Shown one piece after another: positions 26,737-38,439 of a stretch of DNA of 64,000 nucleotides. The DNA is from Lytechinus pictus (taxonomy: Eukaryota). Made by a program: the position numbers and the translations under genes. The first letter of the stretch is position 1; each line of letters opens with the position of its first letter. The DNA is taken from positions 13,580,001 through 13,644,000 of the forward strand of contig NC_087263.1 in assembly GCF_037042905.1 (NCBI RefSeq), given 5' to 3'. Under the pieces are notes generated by a model that was not told where the DNA came from, ran no database searches, and worked only from the letters and a program-made list of their open reading frames with translations.

Positions 26737-27681
26737 TCAGTAACGAGTGTGACCACCTCCTGCAGCAATAACGGCTTCACAGCGCTGTCTCATGGAGCTG
26801 ATGAGGCGATTGATGTCTCTGACGTCCAGTGCATCCCATGCAGCCTCCAGAGCCACACCCAGCTGCTGCAGTCCAAGTGGATGGGCTTCGAGCTGGTCGA
26901 GACTCCTCCCCATCATGTCCCAGACGTGCTCTATCGGGTTTAAGTCCGGGGACCTCGCTGGCCACTCCATACGCTCAATCCCCTGGCCCTCAAGGAACTC
27001 GGTCACCACCCTAGCTCGGTGGGCACGGGCATTGTCATCCATGAAAATGATGTTTTGTCCCACATTTTCTGCAAATGGCACCACTATAGGTTCAAGGACC
27101 TCATCCCTGTACCTCACTCCTGTCATTGCTCCCCCTGGGACCACGTAGAGACGAGTACGGTTGGCGTAGGTGATGCCTCCCCACACCATGACGCTGCCTC
27201 CCCCATAACGGTCATGTTCTGCAATACAGGGGTCTGCAAATCTCTCTCCTGGTCGCCTCCAGACTCTCGAACGTCCATCATTGTGGTCAAGGGAAAATCT
27301 GCTCTCATCTGTTAACAGAACTCTACGCCATTGCTGTCTGGTCCATCTGACATGCTCCCGGGCCCAGTTGAGACGAATTCTTCTGTGAGCAGGGGTGAGT
27401 GGGACACACTGAGCTGGCCGTCTGGCATGCATATTGGCTCTGTGAAGTCGGTTACGGATTGTTTGAGTGGAAACAATCACTCCAGTTGCTGCAGCGAAGT
27501 CATTGTTGAGGCGGCGTGCACTGTGAAAGCGGTTGCGGAGGCTGAGATTCGTCAAGTAGCGATCATCTCTAGGGGTTGTCGAAACTGGTCGGCCACTGCG
27601 GGGTCTCTCGGAGTATAGCCCTGTCTCTCGGTGTCTTTGATTTGCTCTGCTAATGACACTGTGTGACACGCCCATCAGCTC
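26737..27681 (-). CDS. Tc1 (DD34E) transposase, N-terminally truncated, catalytic domain intact
   Basis: Part of ORF 26737-27930: GRP linker, second HTH, TDESRF, MDDNARAH, WPARSPDLNPIEHVW, GGHTRY. Upstream of ~27681 the ORF is antisense sequence of the duplicated arm. Confidence 0.9.
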   Translation of the reverse strand, partial: ELMGVSHSVISRANQRHRETGLYSERPRSGRPVSTTPRDDRYLTNLSLRNRFHSARRLNNDFAAATGVIVSTQTIRNRLHRANMHARRPAQCVPLTPAHRRIRLNWAREHVRWTRQQWRRVLLTDESRFSLDHNDGRSRVWRRPGERFADPCIAEHDRYGGGSVMVWGGITYANRTRLYVVPGGAMTGVRYRDEVLEPIVVPFAENVGQNIIFMDDNARAHRARVVTEFLEGQGIERMEWPARSPDLNPIEHVWDMMGRSLDQLEAHPLGLQQLGVALEAAWDALDVRDINRLISSMRQRCEAVIAAGGGHTRY

Positions 27682-27690
27682 AGTGTGTCC

Positions 27691-28212
27691 AGGCGACCAG
27701 GAGAGAGATTTGCAGACCCCTGTATTGCAGAACATGACCGTTATGGGGGAGGCAGCGTCATGGTGTGGGGAGGCATCACCTACGCCAACCGTACTCGTCT
27801 CTACGTGGTCCCAGGGGGAGCAATGACAGGAGTGAGGTACAGGGATGAGGTCCTTGAACCTATAGTGGTGCCATTTGCAGAAAATGTGGGACAAAACATC
27901 ATTTTCATGGATGACAATGCCCGTGCCCACCGAGCTAGGGTGGTGACCGAGTTCCTTGAGGGCCAGGGGATTGAGCGTATGGAGTGGCCAGCGAGGTCCC
28001 CGGACTTAAACCCGATAGAGCACGTCTGGGACATGATGGGGAGGAGTCTCGACCAGCTCGAAGCCCATCCACTTGGACTGCAGCAGCTGGGTGTGGCTCT
28101 GGAGGCTGCATGGGATGCACTGGACGTCAGAGACATCAATCGCCTCATCAGCTCCATGAGACAGCGCTGTGAAGCCGTTATTGCTGCAGGAGGTGGTCAC
28201 ACTCATTACTGA
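27691..28212 (+). pseudogene. Inverted duplicate of the Tc1 transposase C-terminal half
   Basis: ORF 27685-28212 repeats RRPGERFADPC...GGHTHY and lacks the HTHs and the first catalytic Asp. Confidence 0.9.
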
Positions 28213-28694
28213 ACTGCCTGAAAGACACTCAGACATTCGTTTTTACCACTTCATGTCGGTAGCTGATACCCCTCGGGGTCCACTTTTCAGGATGTGCAGT
28301 GATGCGAGAGACATTGTGCAACAACTGAAACCACCCATGCGTGAAATTGATTACAGCGTGTTTAAGGACATTTAGGACAGTTGTACTGAGGTATTTCCAG
28401 AAATAAAACACCTTGTATAAAATCTTTATGTACGTTTTAAAAAGTGGTCCTTAACTTTTTTTGAGTAGTGTATATTGCACATACTAATATTAATCAGTGC
28501 GATACTCGTCATGATAGTATATAGGATTATGTTTACTTTTGTAGAGTTCGATCTTCTTGCTATTTCCGCGAATTAATTGGTGCTGAACGTAAAATCTACC
28601 TGTGGCGATATTCATAAATAGGTCTGATATTTAATTTGCCGTTACCGTGGTAATATTAATTTTGTAGGAATATCTATATCCAAAATCATAGAAA

Positions 28695-28919
28695 CGGTAG
28701 CATACCTAGGATTTTCCACAGGGGGGGGGGGGGGCAAAACCGTCGGCCAAAAAATTTGACGAGCAAAAAAAAGTCTTCAAGCTCGTCAGGGGGGGGGGGG
28801 GCAAAAAAGGTCTTCAAGCTCGTCGGGGGGGGGGCATGGATACGTCTTTTGCATGGGTTGGGACTCGTCAGGGGGGGGCAGACTGCCCCCTCTGCCCCCC
28901 CCCCGTAGGTACGCTAGTG
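28695..28919. mobile_element. hAT-type MITE with 8-bp TSD; partial sister at ~29095-29178
   Basis: catagaaa duplicated at 28687-28694 and 28920-28927; termini cggtagcatacct / aggtacgctagtg. Confidence 0.8.
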
Positions 28920-31251
28920 CATAGAAAATAAACATGTATGAATAAAACGATCGAATTAGCATTTTTTAACTACTCTGTCAATCTACATTTTACTTCAATT
29001 ATTGGATTATCAAAGTCTAAAAAAATATGGCCGTTGCCACGGCAATACCTATTTTATGTCTCGCCTGCATGCATAGCAGAGCAGGACTAAAGGAGCCAGG
29101 GGGGGGGCAGGGGTACATCTCCTGCATGAGTTGTGACTCGTCGGGGGGCAGTCTGCCCCCCCCCCCCTTACGCTAGTGGTATATTATCTTTAAAACGGGA
29201 CACTTTCAGCTCCATGTAATCCTTTCGGACACTATACATGACCTTAGGCAGCGGGGGGAGGGGGGGGGGAGAGGCAGTTGCGGCCAGAAATTTTGTAACT
29301 CGTTTTAAGTATGTACTTATTCATGTAATTATGTTGATAATTTACAGTATCTTCAATTTTACATTCAAAATGCCCCCCCCTCCCCGCTAAATTTTGCATG
29401 CCCCCTTTCGCAAAATATTTCTTCCATCTTACTTGAAAATTCTTTTAATATTTGTGACATTAGAAACGATCGATATTCAATAGATGAACCAATTTAAATC
29501 GAAGAAAATAACTTGTAAAAAAACTTAGAACTATTGATAATGTTCACAAACTTCTATTTTGAGTAAATCACGATTTTTTATGTCATATTGCCATATATGT
29601 GTGTGTAATATTCCAAATTGAAATGCATATTTAGTAGATTTATAATTTGAAATTATGAATAAAAATAATCCCATATCAAAGATAATAAAAAATATGATGA
29701 TAATCCGTCAAAATATCAAAATGCGTGATTTTCGACATTCTTTCAGATTTCACGCAAAAAATGATACTTTCACGCAAAAGTGCACTTGGCATCCGCCCGT
29801 ACGTTATTCCTCAGTATTTCCGCAAGACTTTTAGCTGGGATGCAAAGAATTGACAAATTGTGCTATCCAATTAAAAACTCGCTTTAGAATGCACTTATAC
29901 ATGTAATTAAAAACTCGCTTTAGTATGTACTTATACATGTAATTATGTACATTATGTACGGTATTTTCAATTTTTCTTTCAAAATGCGCACCTGGTAAAA
30001 TGCACATTGTCTCCTTTCGGATAACATAAAGTGAGATATCTTCCATCTTACTTGAAAATTATTTTAATATTTGTGACATTAGGACATTTACTATACATTT
30101 GATGGATAAACGCAGTTAAATCGAAGAATTTAAGCTGCGTAAATAAACTTCAAACTATTGATAGTTTTCACAAACTTTTATTTGGAGGAAATCGCGGTCT
30201 TATGTTTCCCTGTGCTATATGTGTGTGTGTAATATTCAAATTTAAAATGCATATTTATGAGACTTATAATTTGAAACTCTGAATAAAAATAATTGCATAT
30301 CAAAGATAATCAAAAATATTAAAATAATCCGTCAAAATATCAAAATGCGTGATTTTCGACATTCTTTCAGATTTTACGCTAAAAATGACAGTTTCACGCA
30401 AAATTGCGCTTGGCATCCGCCCGTACATTATTCCTCAGGACTTCCGCAAGACTTTTAGCTGGGATGCAAAGAATTGACAAATTGTGCTATCCAATTAAAA
30501 ACTCGCTTTAGAATGCACTTATACATGTAATTAAAAACTCGCTTTAGTATGTACTTATACATGTAATTATGTACATTATGTACGGTATTTTCAATTTTTC
30601 TTTCAAAATGCGCACCTGGTAAAATGCACATTGTCTCCTTTCGGATAACATAAAGTGAGATATCTTCCATCTTACTTGAAAATTATTTTAATATTTGTGA
30701 CATTAGGACATTTACTATACATTTGATGGATAAACGCAGTTAAATCGAAGAATTTAAGCTGCGTAAATAAACTTCAAACTATTAATAGTTTTCACAAACT
30801 TTTATTTGGAGGAAATCGCGGTCTTATGTTTCCCTGTGCTATATGTGTGTGTGTAATATTCAAATTTAAAATGCATATTTATGAGACTTATAATTTGAAA
30901 CTCTGAATAAAAATAATTTCATATCAAAGATAATTAAAAATATGATGATAATCCGTCAAAATATCAAAATGCGTGATTTTCGACATTCTTTCAGTTTTTA
31001 CGCTAAAAATGACACTTTCACGCAAAATTGCGCTTGGCATCCGGCCGTACGCTATTCCTTGGTATTTTTGCAAGACTTTTAGCTGGGATGCCAAGCATTA
31101 ACAAATTTTGCCGTCGAATCCTTATCTAGAGCACTTTTTGGCTTTTGGCCGGTCTACTAGCGCTTAGAATCATTTGTATTAAGCGCTATATGAATGCTGC
31201 ATATTATAATGCAAGTTCCCCGCTGTGATTGATTCACATGATATGCAACTA

Positions 31252-31770
31252 CCCTGATAGCAGACATGGTCGTAATGACGTCATTATGACGTCGTAATCT
31301 TGTCGTACTGGTCGTAAATAAAAATTTGACGTCTTTATGACGTCATTATGACGACTTACAACGACAAGTTTATCTTGTATTTTTATATGACCAGATTATG
31401 ACGTAATTAATTGACCAGTAAATGACGAGTAAATTTACAATTTTGCATGACCAGAATATGACGTGATTATGACGTGATTTATTGAAAAATCAACGAGTAA
31501 ACTTACAATTTTATATGACCAGATTATGACGTGATTATGACGTCATTAATTGACCAGTCAATGACGAGTAAATTTACAATTTTGCTTGACCAGAATATGA
31601 CGTGATTATGACGTCATTTATTGACAAATCAACGACAAGTATATTTAACAATTTTGCATGACCAGATTATGACGTAATTATGACGTCATTTATTGACTAA
31701 TCAACGACGAGTATACAATTTTTATATGACCAGAATCACCAGATGATATGACGTCGATCATTATGACAAC
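31252..31770. mobile_element. Left end of a CCC-terminated DNA element with ~60-72-bp subterminal tandem repeats
   Basis: Begins ccctgatagcagac right after TA, where homology to 17676-17725 stops; repeated atgaccagattatgacgtgattatgacgtcatt. Partner end not found. Confidence 0.65.
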
Positions 31771-33294
31771 ATTTATACATGCAACACATAGTTTTTACGT
31801 TTTCAAAATGTTCCCTAAATGTTTTCTTTAGCCTATATTCTGTAGGTCGTCGTCGATCGAAAACAGACATTTGCATGGGCATTCGACACTTCAACTAAAA
31901 CATGTTTCGAGTGAAGACTAGTCGCCAAGTCAAGAGCTATTCATATACTTTTTTTTCAAAGAAAACAGACGTTAATAACATAATATTTATGATGGCCAAA
32001 ATAGTCAAATTGACTGGTTGCCAAATAAAAATAAGAACCCCCGCCCCCCCCCCCTGCTGTAATGTGTGTCCGATCGTCAGCTCGCACACGTGATTCGTGT
32101 ACCGGTATTTGAAAATGCAACCGTTACTGAAATGAGTGAGCTGGATCCACGCCCGTAATATTAATTTATGCTCAAGTGACTGCCTTTTTTCACATGTCAA
32201 GACACTTCAGAGTAAGCATTTATACTAATATTTATCATCAATTATCAATTAAGTAAAGAATCCATGTCTAAATTAGCTAGAGTATCAGTAGAAATTTAGA
32301 ATAACCAGTCACTGATGAAGTTATTTCAACCTGCGGCGTTTTGCCTGCCGGCGTACCGTACGGTACGTGAAGTCGAACCCCAGAGTTGTGGGGCTAACAA
32401 CGGCTGATGATGCCGTTGAGGCTTGATGGCTCTCGAGCCGTGCGTTGGCCGTTTGGACTTTGAACACGTTTTCTTTGCTTTCAACTAAAAAAACAAACCT
32501 TGAACATCAAACGTTAAAATATATTCGTATGACTTCTTGGATTTGATCTAAAGAAAAAAGTTTTATCTTCTATTATTTTAGACCCTATTTAATTATTTTT
32601 CTAATTTCTATGGTGTATAGTGAGACCACCACATATCGACCACCTCGTTTGAAACCGACAACCTTGCGCGCATTAAAATTATTGCGTATTACAAACGATA
32701 CGCGCGGGAGAGTAGGCGCAGTGTCCATAGGAACGGTAAGAATCGATTTTACGAGAGAAAAAGAAGGGGAAAAGGTAAAAACTTAGTACAATTTATCAAA
32801 ATTGTTTTGACTAGACCCGAACCCGCCCCGTTTCCGATAGGAAACGTCTTTATAGAACAAATATCCGTCGTCAATCGTCGAATCATGTGCCGGAGCTCGC
32901 AGTAGAAGTAGTGTGACGATCATTTAGCATGTTGACATCATAGAACTGATTTGGAAGAGTCAAAATATTTCGCCACCGCGACAAGAATCGGCCATTAACT
33001 TAGTGTATCGCGGGTGGTCGGTTTCAAAAGAGGGTCAAATGAGCAAATGTAAAACCGTCGTATTCGTTGTTCGCCGATATATACGCGAATTTAATCGGAG
33101 TCGCCGATCGAAATATGGGAATCTGATCTGCTCAATTTTCTGCACAAATGAGACGAAAACTGGGTAAAACTGATAAATATTTTCGCAGATATGATGCTTA
33201 GAAAGTTAGGTCGATAAGGGGTAGTTCCAACCATACGTGGTCTGTAGACGTCTGGTGGTGCTCTGCACAGTGCCCTTTCCTCGTCTTGGGCTTG

Positions 33295-33665
33295 TCCTAC
33301 CTTCAACTCATGTTCGTGCAGGCTCCACTTCACTACCGCTATGTCCACTCGTTCGCATACTCTGAGTCCGAGTGGCAAAGGTTGGAAAAAATGAGGAAAA
33401 AGATATTGGCACAAAATCACCAATTTTGAGGATAACCGGAGGATGGAAACGGAGTGAAATACGGGTGTAGAGTAAGATATTAAGTTATTCATCTTTCTCG
33501 TTATATTTTTTTTCTTTAATTTTTACGATAAACATGATTTCCATCCCACCTTTGTGACTCGGTATATCCGAACTGGTTCACCGTCTCGAAGTTCGGGTAG
33601 GTGGAGCGTAGTGTAGCGGTAGTGAAGTGGAGTGGAGCCTGCACGAACTTCGCTCGAGGTAGGTG
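33295..33665. mobile_element. Imperfect inverted-repeat element; partial second copy at ~34390-34670
   Basis: gttcgtgcaggctccacttcactaccgcta versus tagcggtagtgaagtggagtggagcctgcacgaac; shared aaatcaccaattttgaggataac. Confidence 0.65.
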
Positions 33666-34771
33666 GGTATGTGCCTCAGTGGGGACCCTAATTTTTACAC
33701 TCATATTTCCGTTCCAAGGCATAGCAGTTTTGTCTTATTGAGAAAAAGAACAAAGAAAGCCGCCCCAAAGCATAGCATTTTCTTCTTATCGAGAAAAAAG
33801 AAAGAAATCCGCTCCAAAAGCTTCGCATATTTTTCGTTACGCCGTTCCGGCCACATTGATCTGCTACAATGAGCCGCAATTTTGGTGAAAAGGGGACTCA
33901 GAGCGCTGTCCGACCGTCGCCTCTGCGCTAGTGCCGGTGCCATCTGGCTAGCTGCATGCACGTTCCATAGGGATGCATACGCACTTACACGCAGGCGAAC
34001 CGTTCCAAGGACCCCCGTTTTCACAAACATTTGTAGTTCCGAAGCCCGTTCCAAGGACCCTCCATTTTCTGATAAGCCCGCTCCAAGGACCCCTTTTTTG
34101 TCTCGCCCGCGGCACGTACCTTCTACTTTTTTGGTCGTGTACCCCCCCCCCCCCGGGCTTTACATCCTTATTTCACAGCATATCCATCCTTTCAAAGAGT
34201 TTGGGAAAATATTCCACGAATCAGTGGAATATTTCCCAAACTCTTGGAATATTTCTCGTATTCCATTCTGAGCCATCCAATATAATATAAATATTCATTC
34301 TGTTTGACTTGCGACAGTGCAACCCTCGCATGCGATGTTTTGAAATCGACCGTGAATACGTGTGAGGAATTAGATACTGGCTCTAATTTAAATCACCAAT
34401 TTTGAGGATAACCGTGTAAAACTTGCAATTAGATACTGGCTCTAAGTCTAAATCACCAATTTTGAGGATAACTGGAGGATTGATATGCACTGAAATAAGG
34501 GTGTAGAGTAAGAAATTAAGCTTTATTGTTGATATCTTTTTTGGGGATATTTTTCCCACCTTTGCCACTCGGAGTATCCGAACGAGTTCACCGACTTGAG
34601 GTTCGGGTAGGTGGAGCGTAGTGTAGCTATAGTGAAGAGGAGTAAAGCCTGCATGAACATCACTTGAGGTTGGCTTGGCCTTGATTATAAATGTAATTGT
34701 ACATAGACCCTATTCAGAAAAGAGGCGTTTTTTATTTCCAAAAAAGTTAATGCCTGTCTGAAAATTGCTAG

Positions 34772-35752
34772 TGATGGACACTTTCTTTCCTGCGACACCC
34801 GCGCGCCATACATGCATGTATTACGACTGATGGATGGAGATATTCGAAATATATATATTCAAATAAATCGAGTACATATTGAGTGAGGAAAAACTTACTA
34901 ATACAATTAAGGCTTAGATATAGATCATTACAGTCCATCGAATCGATATTGCATTTAATGTGGAATATTGGTGGATGACTGGCAATTGATTCCATGGGTC
35001 AGATCACCTTTTCAAGCCGAACCCATTTCGCATATGTACACAGCGTATGCAATATGTTTGAAAATGTGGGTTTCTTTTGTTTCTTTTGTTCACTCCTTCT
35101 ACACAAACGATACGCCTCTAGCACACGATGTAAAGGGTATTATGTTTTACTTTCCCCAGAAATGGGGGGTTAGATTCAAATTCCGGGGGACCACTTCCAT
35201 TGATGAGTGGTTATCAGGCACGAACATTGTGTTTCGAAAAGTACCCTAAACAAGGGAAGCAAGTCTTTTCCAGATTATGAAAATGCATCTTTTAACATGG
35301 CTTGTGAAACCCTACAAGTATTGGAAATATCATTTTATCCCTTTTTTCAGTATTTTAATCATCGTTTTTGACACCTTTATAACGTTACATAGGCTTATAC
35401 GTAACGTACTTACCCACTATTTCCCTTTTTACGCGTTGTTGCGCCTGGTATCCACTATTCAATGAAAGTGGGCCCCCGGGCGGCCTCTCGAGCTCTGGGT
35501 GGAACCAAATGTGGATTTGGAAAGTCGTCCTAAATCGGATATATCGCTGTTACCATAGTAGCAATCAGAATTTTGCACACGAAACACAAATTGAATGTTT
35601 CTGTTCCAGATGCGAAACGAAAAAAAATCTCATGTCACACAATTTGCATTGCAGGACAGAGTTTTACGACCATGACGACGGGCCCAAAAGTCTCTTCCAA
35701 AATCAACTAACGTCGTAAATAAGCGTTCGCGTTCTTCTAACGAAAGGTCGGG
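34772..35752. repeat. Duplicated block W, copy 2 (lacks the 990-bp MITE)
   Basis: Colinear with 21335-23390 without 22065-23050. Confidence 0.88.
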
Positions 35753-37601
35753 AATATGGACTGAAGGTGGACTGATGGAAGAAAAGTCATGAAAATATGC
35801 CGTTTTGTGTAGTGGTGGGTACAACTATCACTTTTGGAAGGGATTTTTTTACATGAACATGAGCTCCATGTTTAATTCAGTTTATTTGCTCCAAAGTTGA
35901 AATGAGAATAAAGGAAAGTTATGTAATCATTGACAGTAATACTCTAACTTTATTTCTGTAGATCAATGATATATTTCAGTAGACTTTAGTTGAATAATTT
36001 TTTTTTTTGAAATTATGCATAAATGATGCGAAAATGACATCTAAACAAAGATAAGATTATTGTTTGTTTTTGCGAAGACAATGACAATGATTTTATTGGA
36101 CCCATGTCACCCTCATTGGTGTATTGGGGACACTATCAAAACAACATAACACATCAATTATGCAATTTTGACATATTTACAAACTATTTACAATCTTTAA
36201 AAAAGACAAAGAAACTATTTGTAATAACTAATTAGAAGATTAAATTGTAGTAAAATCCTAGTGAAAATGAATATTACATAAATAATTGTTATGTAGCCTA
36301 TGTGTGAATATACATTGGGGAAGGAGGAGGAGGGGTATAAGTGAATAAAAGGCACAGATAAAATAATTTTGTTAACAGAATTAAAAATAAATTTTGATCT
36401 TATTACATAATAGCGAGAAAAATAATTGAATTTAATCTCACCCGATGCCACACCTGGCGGAAAGGATTTTCATTGGATGAATGAGATAAGAGTGCCACAT
36501 TTTATATACAGCCTTTCTCATTGGGTGTTGCTTCACAAATAGGCGTGTCTTAAAGAGATATTAAAATGAAGATGAAATGGTTCCCAGAAGAATATAAATT
36601 CAAAGGGATTTTAAGGGTATTTTATCTCACTGATGTTAAAGGAGATTTTTTTTCAGAGATGAAATGGATCTCAATATACCACCACTGTTCCCTTCTGTAA
36701 GTTTTTCTTTTGATTGAATATTGATTCAAAATGTGTTTATTGCACTCTTTTGCTCCTTTTTTCAAAAGGAAATCAGGGAGGAATAAAAAAAAATCCTCAA
36801 TTCAAGAACTGGAGAAATATCAAAGGTTGTACCATTTTGACCTTTACTTTGACCTTGAGTTTGACTTCCGGGCGAATAATTGTCGTTAATGTTAATGTAT
36901 GTTAATTATCAATCTAATTTTTACAAAATGTTAAAACCAATGATGACATTTTATTTCTTCATCTTCTAAATCTTCTCCAAACATACAAATAATATACTTT
37001 ATATATTATTTGTTTTAGTAAAGTGTGTAAAAGCCTTACTATGAACATAAATAATTCTACCAACTGAAATTCTAGAAGAAAAAAAAAATTGATTTCTTCA
37101 GATAATAAATGAATTATTAAACTCATGTTCTTTACAAATGTGAAGGACTTTTTATAGGAGGGGGAAGTTCAATACATATTAGGCAGGGGCCGCGGAGGCT
37201 GGGGGGGGGGGCTTCCCCTTTTTTTCTAAAACCGTGTACAAAAAGTAAAAATTACCATGATTGTGTTTATTAGCATGGTCAGCCCCCCCCCCCTTTGAAA
37301 ACCGATCCGCGGCCGTTGCTTAGCCAACTCTGACGGGAATCAAATTTTGCCAATTGAATTGAAGGAAGACCTAGGGGACGTTTAATAAAACTGTTCGTAA
37401 GTTAAGATTTTTTTTTATTCCTCTCTGATTTCCTTTTGAAAAGTACGATATTCATTTAAATTGGTCAACTTGTTATGGCGCAGTGGCCGTTTGAAAGTTA
37501 AAGGTCACGCCCATTTTTGTCAAAACAAAGAGAGAAGGGCGGGTTTTAGCGCGAGAAATGATGGGTCGTTCGCACTGATCCTTATTTGTTACATACTTTA
37601 A

Positions 37602-38133
37602 AGGACAAGTCCACGCCAACAAAAAGTTGATTTCAATAAAAAGAGAAAATCCAACAAGCCTAACACTAAAAATCAAAATCGGATGGAAAATAAGAAAATT
37701 ATGGCCCCAAGTTTCTCTTAATTTTACAAAACAGTTATACATATTTCTTTTGTATTTCATTATATGAAATATGAAATATTTTAAACTAAATTGTCCACTC
37801 ATTGCTATTTGAAACAAAGTTTCATTACTCCCTAAACATGTAAAATTACTATTGTAACATTTTGTGGTTCATTTATTGGTCATTATTGTTAAGTCTGTAA
37901 AAATTGAAATATTGTATAATTCAAACAAAACAAACCGAATAATGAGTGAAGGGCATAATAAATACTCTCATTTGCATGTCAGATGTGCATATGACTGTTT
38001 TGTGGAAAATGAGCGCAGTTTTAAAGTGTCGTAACTTTCTTATTTTACACCAGATTTTGATGAAATTTTGTTAAACTTGTTTGATTTTTCTCTATTTTTC
38101 AGATGAACATTTTTTCTGGGTTGGACTTGACCT
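37602..38133. mobile_element. Kolobok-like MITE
   Basis: TTAA|aggacaagtccac ... ttggacttgacct|TTAC; long imperfect inverted arms. Confidence 0.7.
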
Positions 38134-38439
38134 TTACATGGTAGAGTATGTATGTTCACATAAACTTTTTTTTCTAAAAGTGAATACGTGTATGTGCTGT
38201 CACTAAAATGCAAGCTGGTGTAAATCATGAAATAATTGCAAACGCTATTTTTTTACGCATAATACAGGGAAGCCTATTTCTTTTCTGTGATAAGTATTTG
38301 ATTTACTCATTTTAATTACATTTTTGATACTTATAAGCAATTATTTCGTATATATCAGCATTATATTCACGCAGTACAACTCATGCTCCACAATATCGAG
38401 AGATATTTGAACTGGGGTCAGGAATTTCACTCATGTATA

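Larger units (their letters stand above)
26479..28470. mobile_element. Rearranged Tc1 transposon: inverted duplication with two 3' ends
   Basis: TA|cactactcaaaaaaagttaagg ... ccttaactttttttgagtagtg|TA; arms 26479-27258 and 27691-28470 are reverse complements (780 bp each; I found only ~4 mismatches). Confidence 0.95.
25273..31156. mobile_element. 5.9-kb foldback DNA element (TAGACCGGCC ends, ~620-bp subrepeats); Academ-like, non-autonomous
   Basis: Ends tagaccggccaaaa / ttttggccggtcta; left arm of ~2 units (25273-26470) is inverted relative to a right arm of ~3 units (~29290-31156; anchors at 29723, 30347, 30971). TSD ambiguous (atag/ctag). Confidence 0.85.

Noticed and set aside
26538..28411. 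Many short paired ORFs around the Tc1
   Set aside because: Alternative or antisense frames duplicated by the inverted repeat.
29831..30670. Two identical 71-aa ORFs suggesting a duplicated gene
   Set aside because: Chance frames within the 624-bp foldback subrepeat.
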